From Epiperipatus broadwayi (Eukaryota; Animalia; Onychophora), in contig JAQFVV010000007.1 in NCBI GenBank assembly GCA_028023455.1, positions 15,748,001-15,812,000 of the forward strand: a stretch of DNA of 64,000 nt, written 5' to 3'. Position 1 is the first letter of the stretch. Each line of letters opens with the position of its first letter. The notes beneath the pieces were generated by a model, which was not told the origin of the DNA, did not search any database, and worked only from the letters and a program-made list of their open reading frames with translations. A program made the position numbers and the translations under genes. Below, piece after piece: positions 1 through 12,630 of this stretch.

Positions 1-388
1 AATAAGCTATAATATATTTTAATAACAAAATTAAACAGTACTTACATATTAGACCGGCAGTAATAAAAATCACTGGCACAAAGAAACATGTATATAAAGA
101 TTGAATTAAAACGCATTTACAATTTTCAAAAAAGCAAATGAATTAATTTTGTCAATGATTATTAGATAATATTCAGATGAGGAGATGAGAAGTATGTTAT
201 TAGTTAAAAAACGTTGGTTTTGATGCTAATTTTATGATCAAATAATAGTGGTGTTCCATTTAGAGTTGTCAAAAGAGAGTAGCCATTCATAACAGAATAT
301 GGTTTGAGGTAAAAAAAAGTTTCATTACAGTGATGCTAACAAACACTATTTTGTAAATGGACAGAATTGCATGATTAAATCCATGTAT

Positions 389-391
<3 letters not shown>

Positions 392-480
<89 letters not shown>
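392..480. repeat. (TA)n microsatellite
   Basis: Long TA run read directly; it explains the poly-IY ORF at 375-593. Confidence 0.97.
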
Positions 481-2436
481 GGTTTGGTTAAAAAATATAA
501 ATACATGTTTGTTTCATTTCCACTAAATAAAGTTATATATTTTTCAAAATAAAAAATCTTTATAAGTTTATATGGTGGCAGATAATTTATCACAAAAAGT
601 GTAAACGCATGTTTATATCATTTCAAGTAAATCAAGTTATAGTTTGTCATTTTTCAAATAAATGTTTTCTGGACTAATATGAATATGAAATCTTATCACC
701 GGACTAATACTTAAGTATCTCAAAATAAAAGTAGAAGAAACTTTGTAATATAAGCATAGTGATGTATCTTTTTGATATTCCAAATAATGGTTACATTTGC
801 AAAAATAATCAATATTTATAACTTACATTAATGTGAAAAAAATAATGAAAAAAAAGAGAGTAGCAAAGTCACAATGGTTTTTGAATGAGATCAAACTTCA
901 GAGAGCAGCAGAAATATCCATTCATGCATGAATCAATGTCCTTTTTTTAATTTTCCTTAATTTGTTTAGAAAGAATGTTTTACTGTTCTGAAATGTGGAG
1001 TTAAAAATCAGGTGGTATCTTATGGTATAAAGTGTAAGAAGAATGATAATAGTTATGTTGGAAAAAAAAGTCTTTATTTATGCTATTAAAAAGTCTATTG
1101 AAAGTTTATATATGTGAGAGGATAATATCATTGATAAAAAAAGTGTTATATTTTGAGAGAGGCATTGCAATATGAAATATTTTGTGGTCTTTTCATCTCA
1201 TTTGCCATAAGGTGCACAATAGATCTATATTAGTAAAGTGCATTTTATAAGAAGAAAAAACATATTGGTAGGAAGGCTTTTGACATTTTTTATAATGCAT
1301 TAATTAGATGTTGAATAATAAAAGATTTGGATGTTATCTAATGTGTTATTTTTTCCTTTCTATTTTATGTTTTTCAATCCCTAATCTTGTTAAAGAAGAT
1401 ATTGTGAGAGGGAGTTGTGTGCTTACCAATGAAGTTAATTAATGCTTTGACAAAATTATTGTTTGTGAATGATGGAATGCTGTAGAATCAACAGGTATAT
1501 TCTTACTTATTTTGGGGATTTTGTTAATGAATCTAGTTATATTGCTAATGGTTGTCCAAAAATAAAAGGTGGATATGGTAGCTAACAAAAGCCCAAGAAT
1601 TTTGCATATCTTTGCTTTTTTCTGATTCTGATTGCCAGTGATTTTAGTGCATTAATTTTTTATTAAAATTATGTTTAAGTAATTGCAGTATTTACATTAA
1701 ATGGATGTCAAGAGGTATTGCATTCGCTTTCCTGATCTATGGTTTTGAATTCAGTTTTGAGCCTTGAGATATTTTTTTAAATCACAAATAATCCTTAAGG
1801 TTTATTCCATACCCCCATGTAGCCAAACCTAGCTGATCAAGCTTCCCATTCAATAGTGGTAGGTAAAAGGGTATCCAGTTGAATAATAACTACAAAATAA
1901 AGACACCATATTAATTTATTTAGAACTTAAACAGATGAATGATAAGTACTTTCTGCAAAAATAAAAATAATTTTGTTACAGCCTTTTCTGATGAGTGGAG
2001 TACCATACATCTAAAAAGACAACTCACCATTTATCTTTAGAATATTTATTTTAATTTGGCATAAATTTCTGCCATTATATTGTGCACTGTTGTATTATAT
2101 TTTATGTTGTTTATTAAGTTCTGTGGCACAGAGCAGATTGAGTTACTGGGCAATAGAGTATTGTCTGAACAATAATACTTATTATAATTAATTGCCATTG
2201 GATACTATCATGTTATTGTAATTTGTTTCATATTTGCGTTGAGCTATTGCTTAAACTTTCACAATTGATGTACATTATTAGAAGACATAAATCAAACAGT
2301 AATACAAACAGCATATAAATTATGTATTTGCCTGATTCCTATTCCAACACAAATTATGAGAAAATTGTAATCCTATAATTACTTGGTATTTTCCTGAAGG
2401 TTTGTGATGATGGTATTTTAATTGTTTTCATATTTT

Positions 2437-2612
2437 GGACTATTTCCATCATCTAAAGAAAAATTTAACTTTTTAAAAATCTTCCAATGACATTCAACTG
2501 TTAGTAATAGCATACAGGTTAGTATATGTACAACATCTTGAGAGATTACTTTCCTCTCATCTTCAAGTGCTGCTGGCCTTACCAGTGGCAATACTAGCAT
2601 TGGAATCGAATT
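2437..2612 (-). mobile_element. Family D SINE-like element (tRNA-like head plus hammerhead), 5'-truncated copy
   Basis: Reverse complement of the adjacent 2625-2895 copy, from the B-box (ttcgattcc) to the gatgatggaaatagt end. HHR-like segment on the minus strand at 2526-2570: TTGAAGA tgagag-gaaagtaat-ctctca AGAT GTT GTA. Confidence 0.75.
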
Positions 2613-2624
2613 TTAAGATAAATG

Positions 2625-2895
2625 CTCTAAGGATGCCTCATTTGGTTAGAGTGTTACCTTAAAATTCAATATTCAAGGATCTATATCCAGGTTCGATTCC
2701 CATGCTGGTACTACCAATGATCAGACTAGCAACACCTGAAGAAAAGAGAATGATACCTCTTCGAACTTTGTGTATATATACTAACCTGTGGGCTATTAGT
2801 AACAGTTTAATGCAATTGGAAGATTTAAATAAAGTTAAATTTTTCTAAAGACATTCAATAATTAATATTAGATGATGGAAATAGTTCAATATATA
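2625..2895 (+). mobile_element. Family D SINE-like element (tRNA-like head plus hammerhead)
   Basis: A-box-like tcatttggttagagtg (~2638-2653), B-box ggttcgattccc (2690-2701), then acac CTGAAGA a-aagag-aatgatac-ctctt-c GAAC ttt gtgt (2732-2773). Homologous to 47755-48055, 48452-48750 and 56865-57090. Confidence 0.8.
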
Positions 2896-2989
2896 AATAC
2901 AACCGTATGGTTATTTGTTTGTACATTCCAATTGGTAGATTCAGTGCAATAATTCTATTCAGATGAACAAAGTAAGACTTTTTTTATTA

Positions 2990-3057
2990 TTTTGCCAGAA
3001 ATTAAATCAGGAACCTTTAGCTGTTTACCTCTCTACTTTTCAACCACTACGCTTGAA
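2990..3057 (-). mobile_element. Degenerate tRNA-like/SINE fragment
   Basis: Minus strand reads agcgtagtggttgaaaag...aaaggttcctgattt, resembling A- and B-box remnants; no cloverleaf established. Confidence 0.3.
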
Positions 3058-4661
3058 AAAATGAATTATTACTTTTAAGGTTTGCTCCGATTATATTGAC
3101 AATATCAGGACAGGATTTATATATATAGAGTACACTAGCAAACAAAAGATACGTTCATAAAATTAACTTTTGGACATTTTTTTTTATAAATTGCTTTTAA
3201 ATGTGTATGTTTAGGTGTGTATGGGTATTTACTTTGTAAAAAAAAAAAAATAGTTTGCCACGACTTACCATAATCTGTTATTAATTATGAACATTTGATG
3301 AATTGCTTTACTTGTTTAAAAAAAAAAAAAAAACGTATATCTATCAACATGAAAAGAAAAATGATTATTAATAACCTGTCTGAAGGTCTTTCATTCTTTG
3401 TTTATTATTAACTTCATTTCTGCTACCCCCCCTCCTGTTTTCTATTTTTTCTTCAATATTTTTTTTTAAAAAAAATAAAAAACATTTTTAACATGTAAAA
3501 TTATATATATGTTTCGCCAGGTACTTTTTTTATAATTATTGGGTGACAATCTTAATTATCTCTGTGAAATTATCAAGAGAACAATTAAGATGGTGATAAT
3601 TGTTGTTCTTAATTGTAATAAAAAAAATTTCACATCATCTGCTGAATGTTGGTTTTGTTAATAATAATCTTAATGTTAATTATAACTATTGTCATCGATA
3701 ATTATTTTTATTACATGTGTTGTATAGTTAAAAATATACACACACCTATATAATATTATTTCTATAAAGAGTTTATATCATGGGTGAGCAAATTTTTTTG
3801 ACCTGAGCTGTGTGGATGTCGGTTTGCAAATTGAATAACAGAAATGGGTACATGAGACAATAAATTTTTACAGTTATTGTAATTGAAATATCCTTATTAA
3901 AATTAAAAAATATAGTATTATTATATATTAACCACACAAAACAACTTCTGTAAAGCATAATGGAAAATAAAATCTTAAATTTATGTGCTACATACTTTTC
4001 TGAAGGGTAAACATTAAATATTAAGGCACACCCTCTTATAGTTTCAGAGTAACTTTCTCATGTGATAGATACCATACTTTTAACATCTTCAGTCAGAACT
4101 TGCAAGCTATTATAAAAATTGAGGGGGGGGGGTTGACCATTCATATTTATATATGTATGCAGAAGTTTCAAAATTGAAATTCTCTGTACTTTGCATAATT
4201 TACATTTCACTAGGTTAAATAATATATATATATTTTTCATTGTACTTTATTAAGTGGGCAATGGTAATTGTGGTCTTTGGAACAATTTCATATGACCCTT
4301 ATTAATAATGTTAACCACAACAATTTAAATTTGGTTGCCATGTTTTTATGTATATTGCTAAAAACAAGTACAGTAACCATAGCTGATATATATATATATG
4401 GATAAATGAATTCAACCAATAGAATTTAAGAATGAAAAGAAAATAAAAAGAAAAAATAATGATTTTAAATCTCACCACATACATTCTTATGATTTGAGAA
4501 AGGAGGAACTTTGACGAAAGTACTTGTTATTGTACTGAAACATGACCCAGAAATAATATTATGAATATATATATACACACACATACAGATGTATATTTTT
4601 ATTAGTAATTTTTTTTACTCATTAACTATCAATTTTGAACATTTCATTTTATTTTAATAAA

Positions 4662-6415
4662 TTGGTAATAGTATGAATACTGAAACCCATCACTTGATGG
4701 CATTGTTTTTCACAAAACACCCTTCAACATACCATTTTAGCGGCCTTAACTTATGGCTGACATTACAGTAGGTGTTTGTTTGAGCCATGACAGGCTACCT
4801 GAGGGCAATGTATTCTACGATTACGTAATGAAATACTATGCTCATTGCATTGCAACAGTACTCATCAAGTGAGGGCTCTTGAACTCTCGCTATGGTCTAA
4901 TTTGACGGTGGCCATATTTGAAAGAGACAAAACTCTGCAAAAATTCATTGTCAGAAATTTTTTAGAAAGCGTAGTGGAATTAGTATTTCATATTAAGAAT
5001 TGTCATGTCATCACACATGCTTCCTTATGCTTTCGAACTGCACACAACTTGAAAAGGTTCTTCTTTTCAGCAGAGTTGTTTCTGATTTCATGCACAAATT
5101 CCTGTTTATGCATGAATCCATGCAAGAACTGATTTGAAAGCTCCAAAATCTCATTACTTACAGCTTTGAGTCTTCCCTGTATTTTATTTGTGTGTTGCTT
5201 TTGGGTTTTTTTTTATACCCCCGAAAATGGTGTTTTTTTTTCACTTGTTTTGGTTCACAACTTGTCCAAAGTTTCATTTATTTTTTGATTCAATAAATTA
5301 TTTTATGGGAAACTGTTGTTGTTCAAATGATTAGAAAGTAGGTAGGTAATATTTGATATGTTTCATTAACAGTTAATTAAAGTAGGTAATATTTTAATAT
5401 ACTAAAAAAAAAAAAACAGAAGTGTTTAAAAGTTTATTCAAAAGGCCCCACCCCAAAGAAAATATATATAAAATAATAATAAAGAACTGTGCGGTAATAT
5501 AATAAAATGTTCAAAAAGAAAATCCAAAATGAAGTCGATAATTAAAAATCAAAACAAACCTTCCCTGCCACCCCATCTCCCCCAGCTTAAAAAAAAAAGT
5601 GTTCTCTAAAAACGAACTGTTTATGTCTTTTTTAAAATTAAAGGCCAAAAAAATTAAGGAAGAACTTTTCACTATCATATAATATAGCTTTCTGTAGCAT
5701 AAGGAATTGGAAAAAAAATTAGAAAAGCCTCGTAATAAATTAACAAAAAAAAAAATGATAATTCAAAATCAAAACAACACTGCTCCCCTCTACCCTCTAA
5801 AAAACCAAGTATTGGTTTATTCAAAATTACCGAATTGTTGAAGTCTTTCAGCAAATCAAAAACATCAACCAAAAAAAAAAAGAAGATATGTTCAAACAAA
5901 CAACCAACTGCCCTCCACCATCTAAAAACAACAAAATGTTTGTTACCATATTTTTGTGTAAACAAACCGATAATTTAAAAGCAAACCAACACCCCCAACA
6001 TCATCTAAAAACAAAGTGTTTGTTTCTTAAAAAAAAAAAAACGGATGTAAAAAAAAAAAAATTGGTTTACTGTAAGTAATATTATGTAAAGAAACTGACT
6101 GACAATTTAAAAACATACCAACACCTCTAAACTATCTAAAAACAAAGTATTTGTTTATTAAAAAATGGAAAGAAAAAAAACCCGAGTGGAATAAAAAAAA
6201 ACTTTGGTAGTTTACCGTAATATTAAGTAAACAAAACAGACGGGCCGATGATGAAAAAAAATTAAAAACCGGTTGAAAAACAAGAAAAACAAAAAAATCC
6301 TTTTACCGTAATATTATGTAAACAAATAGACAACCCGTGAATTAATATATTGATGTGCATTGGTCAAAAAAGAGCACCATCAAACAGTAGGGTTCAGTAT
6401 TCATACTATTACCAA
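4662..6415. mobile_element. Inverted-repeat-bounded non-autonomous DNA transposon-like element with internal degenerate tandem repeats
   Basis: ttggtaatagtatgaatactgaaaccc (4662-4688) is the reverse complement of 6390-6415 apart from a 1-nt indel, with weaker similarity ~35 nt further inward. Internal ~130-150 bp degenerate repeats (tctaaaaacaa..., aatattatgtaaacaaa) at ~5880-6340. Superfamily not assignable. Confidence 0.5.
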
Positions 6416-7299
6416 AAAATTTAATGAATCTGAATCATGTTGATGCCAAACTTTAAATACCTGTTTGGAAAAATATAGATGTCACTAATGACATTTTGTA
6501 CAAATATCACTTTGATCTGTGGGCCCCAAATTGCAATTAGGATAACAGAGAGCATGTTTTTCACAAAGTTGAGTAATTGAACAATTCATAAGTAGATTTG
6601 TGTTTAATCATTGCATTAAATTTTAGAAGACTAAATTATAATTCTTTATAAATTATAAAAATAAGAAGAATATAATATAAGAAAATGGATTTTTCATTGA
6701 TAAATAATGAGCAAAATATTTTACAACATAAGTTAAGGATTTAGTGATAAGTCTTATTTGTCAAAAAATAAATCCTCATTTAGAAGAATATAACATAAAA
6801 AGTTATTCTGATACAAATCATTCAAATTAAGACACTAAATTATGGGTAAACTACTAAAAATCCATGAATTATACAAAAAAATGTTATTAGTAGAACAATG
6901 GTCACTTTGATCAAATGCACATATACACTTATATGCATATACTTATAAAAATGGCATGATAAAAATGTATATAATTTAGCCCATTTCTTTCACAAGCTAA
7001 TATAAAATGCAATACAAATGATAAGACTTTTTTTAATAATTAAAAGTAGTTTTGCATCAAAATAACATTTTAATATAATATAAAAATATAATATTTTGAA
7101 CCAATCATACATCAGCCCATCTATACATTTATTTTAATAATCCTGAATTATAATATATATATAAACATTTATATATAAATATAAAATTTTAAAAATTGTA
7201 GCAACCCCCAAAATTAAACTATAAAAAATTATCTGTCAGATAGTATAGCATATGTAAGCATAATGCATACAGCCTTTTGCCTATATTTTTGCAAAGATG

Positions 7300-8120
7300 T
7301 TTAATTCTAAAATTGACTTCTGAGGAAATGCTTCAGAAAAATAAACTATTTAAGAACAATCACAAATGAGATTGCAGGTGTTAGTGAGAATTTGAACAGT
7401 TAATTAACATTTGATACATAGCAGAAATTAGTATGATATTCCATTGTATTTGATGAAAGTTAAGATAGGACAAAGGTAATTCAGCTACTTTTTTTTATAA
7501 AGATGATCCAAGGAAATTTTAAAATTATTGAAGACATTTTGGCAATAGAATTTATGAAGTCACAAATAATTGGAATTGATATTTTGCAAAAAGGAAAAAC
7601 ATGTTTGGAAAAAAACCTATATTTCCACTTGATAAATTTATAAGTGTGATAAGTGATGGAGTTTATTATAAGAAATACAAAAATTGAATTGTAAATGAAT
7701 TTCAATATTATATTTATGAACAATTTAACACATTTTACTATACATTTATTGGATAGTTCATCAGCAAGTATTATGTAAAAAACTGTTTTATTCACAATAG
7801 TCAAATCAAAAGAGTATTACTGTTGAAAATTTGTTACATTTCTTGAAGAATTGGAATATAAAAAAAATAAATCATTATTTTTTATAAAAAAATAAAGCAT
7901 TATGATGATTTTTCTGATTTAACTGATCCTGAATCGAGATGTGATTTAGTCTTCTTATTTGACAGGAACTTGAAAGTTTTAAGTTTGAAGTTAAAATTAT
8001 TTATTGAATAAATAATTAAAGGTTAGTTAAATTATTTTTTAACATTCAAGTCATTGGAAAGCATACTAAAAACTAAATCTGATAAATCTAGAAAAGTCAT
8101 GGCTCTACAACGAGTTTAAT
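7300..8120 (+). pseudogene. hAT transposase relic (GTF2IRD2/SPIN-like)
   Basis: Broken frames give SIVFDES*DRTKVIQLLFFIK (from 7440), KFISVISDG and IVHQQVLCK, matching the hAT DDE-domain motifs SxxxDESTD, SxxTDG and HCxxHQxxLC. Confidence 0.7.
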
Positions 8121-8469
8121 TATATAAACTCCACTTCTGCATTAAGAATGAATATTATAAAATCAATCTCTTTTAACACAATGACTAAACAATATATATA
8201 TATATGATTTTTTTAGTCAAGTCATTAGTCATTTCTTAACAAATAATATGTTTATATATAAATAATTTTTATGAATCATTCATTAGACTTAGAGATTATC
8301 CACTTAATGAATAATTTAAACCTTGGCTTAAAATCTCAATGTAAGCTGACACTCCCAAAATAGGCTATGAATATGGAGACTTAAATTCTCTGGAAGTGCT
8401 CAGCCATGTAATTCTTTTTTAATAATAGTAAGCTTCACTTTTTGCATAAAGTGCAATTTAAAACTTAAT

Positions 8470-9125
8470 GAATAACTGTGGTTTGTGTCAAAGTTGTGAG
8501 GGCAGCAAGATTGACACATTAATTAAACTGTAGTAATTGGCTATCTATATTTATTGAACAATGATAAAGATATGTGATAGAGTATGATGTGAGCCAGCTG
8601 ATGAGTGCTGATTCAGTGCAAAATATGCATTTTGGGAATCACACCTTTTTCACATGTCTGGCTATATGCTTATGATTACATCACTCTACAAGGTGTTAAA
8701 AATGGATAAAAACTAGTCCATATCTTGTGTGAGAATAGAATAATAAAAATTACACTACAGCAATATTACTCATTAAATGGATAATCTCTAGTCTAATAAA
8801 TGACTAATAAAAATTATTAACATACTTCCTTTAAGTGGTTTGTTGTCAAAGTTGTGAGGGCAGCATATTTGAGACTTATAAATTAAATTGTAGTCCTTTG
8901 CTATTTATACATACCGAATAATGATAAAGATATGTGTAAGAGATTGTGATCTGAGTGCTGGTTTAGCACAAAGTGAATTTTTGGGATCATACACATTTTT
9001 CATGTCTTTGGTCATATGTTTATATTTACACTCATCCACAAGGTGTTAAAAGTGGTTAGAAACCAGTCCCTATTTTGTATGAGAATGATGTAGTGAAAAT
9101 TACACTACAGAAATATTATTCAATA
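8470..9125 (+). mobile_element. Family B tandem repeat (~353-bp unit, ~1.9 copies) with a decayed hammerhead in each unit
   Basis: ttgtcaaagttgtgagggcagca recurs at ~8485 and ~8845; HHR cores at 8598 and 8951. An inverted fragment of the unit lies at ~8270-8320. Reverse complement of 27690-28490. Confidence 0.85.
8594..8636 (+). ncRNA. Type I minimal hammerhead motif, family B, decayed at G12
   Basis: ccag CTGATGA gtgctg-att-cagtgc AAAA t-atgc-a TT^ ttgg. Stems I, II and III all pair; GAAA reads AAAA. Confidence 0.6.
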
Positions 9126-9814
9126 TGTATACACAGTTTTGTCCTTTCCCACAAAAGTTTTCTTATCCCCATTATAAAGAAGGCTTCAGTGCTCTATATA
9201 ATATGTTATAATAATGCTTTATGAAATATATTACAATTAATCATAGAAAGTTTGTTATTTTTTAATTTTAATTGCTTTAAAATGAAAGCAATGTTAAAAC
9301 TGCCAATGCATATAATTATTTTGTAATTCTTCCATCATAAAAAATTTAGAATTAGCAAACAAAAAATTACATATAAAGATGAAGTGGGGATGATGATAGT
9401 TTACTCTGTTACCCAAGAGTAGATAATGGAGTATTAAGCTAACAACACAGGCATGCAAGTACCTGTTATCTTTAGCTTATCTGAAAAGTGGTGATTGCTT
9501 GTGAAAAGCATATATAGTGCAAGAGATACTGCAAGAGACAGTGATCTGAGTCTCTGCACTGATGGTTAGTTGCAATATGATCAAATGGAGATGAGGGGTG
9601 CAGTAATATATACAAACAAAAAACCATAACATAATTTTTATTCATGCTTATTATTTATTTTTTACCAAATATTTTTAATTTTTCCTTTTTTTTTTTTTTT
9701 TGAGTTTAAACGATAATTTATATAATCAGTTACTAAGGAGGTCATTTGTAGTTTAAGCACCAAGTATTAGGTAGAATTTTATAAAACAAGATTTTTTTTT
9801 CTTTTTTCAAATGA

Positions 9815-9885
9815 AAATCTCACCAAGGAGTTTGAACTCTTGAGGTCACTGCTCCTACGACTGAGCTAGACCACTCGGGATATTA
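9815..9885 (-). mobile_element. tRNA-derived SINE-like fragment
   Basis: Minus strand cccgagtggtctagctc (A-box-like) ... gagttcaaactccttggtgag (B-box-like). Confidence 0.4.
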
Positions 9886-11287
9886 TGAATTATGATTTAA
9901 ATATTTATTTATGTTTTCTCTTAGTTATTTCATAATATTTTTTTTGTGTTTATGTATATATAATTATATGGTGATTTTTTCTAATATTAATAGCAGTATT
10001 TTTTTTAAAATATTAATGTGATTTTGCAGATAGTTGCTCAGGAGAATATGTGATATTTGAAAACATTTATTGTCAGATGGAGTATAAGATCTCCATTTAA
10101 TTACTAAATTGAGATTTTTAAAATTTTAACTATATGTGACTCAGCTGAGAAATGATTGTATAACTTTTAGCTTTAAATCCACTTTACCACAAAATTAAAC
10201 AAAACACAGCTTATTTTTTTTTATATAAATTTTGAAGAATGCCATTACTCTTTATTGTACCCTCTGTGTAAAGCACTTTGATGTTTTTAATATGCTTTTA
10301 TTACAAGATGCTACAATATGTAAATCATGTTCAGAGAAGAGCAAGTAATGATAAACTTTCATCAGTGATAATTATGGGGTATCACTTGGCCATAATATTT
10401 TATTGGTCAATATCTGAATCTGTACTAGACCATAGAACTTCATAGCGATCATTTGTATTTTACAACCTGATATTTATAAATGTATCTAACTAGAAAATTT
10501 GTTTGATGTGGATGAGTGAAATTGACTATGCACCAGATATAAGCACAGCTTCATTTTACACACTTTACTATTCAGTTCACATGAGAGACTTCATTTCTAC
10601 TCATCTTAGAACTTGTGGAGTGGACAGCTAAAGTTATGCATATGTAATATTATTAAATACGTTTTCCTACATTCTATATGAATTTCAGTTGAATACTGGA
10701 AAAGTAATTCTACTATTTCAGTCCTTAAGATCACCAAATGCAAAATTATCATTTACATTTGCACCCAAGATGTAAATAAATATGTAATCTAGTAAGTACT
10801 TTGGACAGCACTGAAATCAATTATATATTAAATAATAATACAGCCTCTTTTTATATTGTTAGAATCATATTCACACAGAGAATTCTTTTTTACTAATTTT
10901 ACAACTATCACTCTCTAACATTATATATGCAATTTCTGGTTTTGACAACTGCAATAAAGTGCTGCCAAATCTTTTTCACTGCCTCTGTTTTTGCTAAACC
11001 ACTAAGAAAATGGAAACTGACCATGATTCTGAGCCATGTAAAGAAGAGCTTGTGTTATATGTGGGTAAGCATTAAATTTTACTTATATCATAAATACTTG
11101 CTTAATTAGTTATTTTTTAAATATCCAAGGCTGCAAGTGTAAATGATCATTTTGCACTTCTTTGGCAGTCCAGCAAGAATAAAAGTGACTTAGTAATATT
11201 CATTTCAGTTATCAGAAGCTGAAATTATCATATGACCACCATTCTTTATGCTTATACAATCTGTTTACACAGAGGCAAAATTTCATA

Positions 11288-11490
11288 CAGTAGCGCCACT
11301 CAATGCAAGCCAGAGTAATCAATGGATGCAGAAAAGGCTTCTCACTGATGAAATCCACAAGCTAGAAACTAGTCTGCAGATATTGGATGAGTAAGCACTA
11401 GATAGAAATTTTATACACAAACCTCCCTGTATCCATTGATTACTCTGATTTGCATGGAATTGCACTACTATATGGAGAGTGTAGCCTTTG
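11288..11490 (+). mobile_element. Family A hammerhead element with an inverted 5' arm
   Basis: HHR tctca CTGATGA aatc-cacaa-gcta GAAAC ta GTC^ tgcaga (11340-11380). Arm 11288-11331 is the reverse complement of 11427-11470. Homologous to 42607-42760 and to the 35 kb copies. Confidence 0.75.
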
Positions 11491-11734
11491 TGTAAATAGA
11501 AATTATAATATAACCAATATTGGGAAATGCTGTTCTTAATAATATTTTATATTTATAGATCTATTCCAACTTATGGTGAGATTATATTTAATCTGCCTGT
11601 TCATAATTTTATTTTATGCTTTTGCATTAAAAGAAAAATAGACAACAATAATAAAGAAATGAGTACATATTTATAAGGTATATTATTTATAGACAAAGCA
11701 GTTTTGTTTACAGTATAAACATATGTTAGACATA

Positions 11735-12042
11735 TTATCATCATCAACCATTATCAGTCCACTGTGGGATGAAAATCTCTCCAAGTTCAATTCATCTTTT
11801 CCGATCTTTAGCTTCTCTTCTCCACATCACCCCTGCACACTTTTTTTATTTCATCCATTCATCTCACACATGGTCTCTTTCTGGGTCTTTCACAATCTCT
11901 TGGAATTCAGTTTAAGATTTCAATTGTCCATCTATTATCATCTCTTCTAGCAATATGTCCATCCCAGCTACAGTCTTTTAATTTTTTCAATGAGGTCAGT
12001 AACACCTGTTTGTTCTCTTACCCATATATTGCATTTTTGATT
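11735..12042 (-). mobile_element. 5'-truncated RTE LINE copy (3' end)
   Basis: Reverse complement of the last ~330 nt of the 29717-33018 element, including its stop region and short gat tail. Confidence 0.92.
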
Positions 12043-12439
12043 TCTAATACTGTACCTATATACCTGCTATGGATGTAATTATTTTTGTGGGTATATTGTA
12101 TTGCATGTAGTGTGTTTTGAGTTTGTTGGTTAATCTGCAAATAATGATAAATATATGTTTTTTTTATTGAACTTTAATGTAGGTTACTATAAAGTAGATT
12201 ATTAAATATTAGATGTTTAATATTCAGTTATATATCCAAGATATATACTGATCAGTTATGTTACAACAGCACAATCAGTCCATTATATTTTTTAGTTTGT
12301 TTGGTGATTTCTGTGAGATCTCCATTTTAACATCAAAGGGATTATGTCAGATGACATAAGGTTTTCTTTGAGGTTTTATTACTTCATCCTTCATTTCAAC
12401 TCTACCACATCATAACTATCTCCTAGCACAGAATATCCT

Positions 12440-12630
12440 CATTATAAATGCATTCATAAACAATCTTCATTCATTAGGTGAACTAGAGTGCTTAAATACC
12501 TGAATTTTCAAGCTCATATTGTCAGCCTAAAATTTTTCCATTTCACTATTCTCATGCAAGATAGGGACTAGTTTCTATCAACTTTTTTAACAACTTGTGA
12601 AAGGATTTGTAAATATACTTAAATATCTAT
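12440..12630 (-). mobile_element. Family B fragment
   Basis: tttcactattctcatgcaagatagggactagtttcta matches ~27758-27800. Confidence 0.6.

Noticed and set aside
375-593. Low-complexity ORFs (poly-IY here; poly-L at 15039-15251 and 16005-16289)
   Set aside because: Translations of microsatellites.
1985-2020. CTGATGA followed by a small hairpin (gtgg-agta-ccat)
   Set aside because: No GAAA or NUH follows, so it is not a hammerhead.
4845-5132. 95-aa ORF as a host gene
   Set aside because: No recognisable domain or convincing splice signals; it lies inside an inverted-repeat-bounded element.
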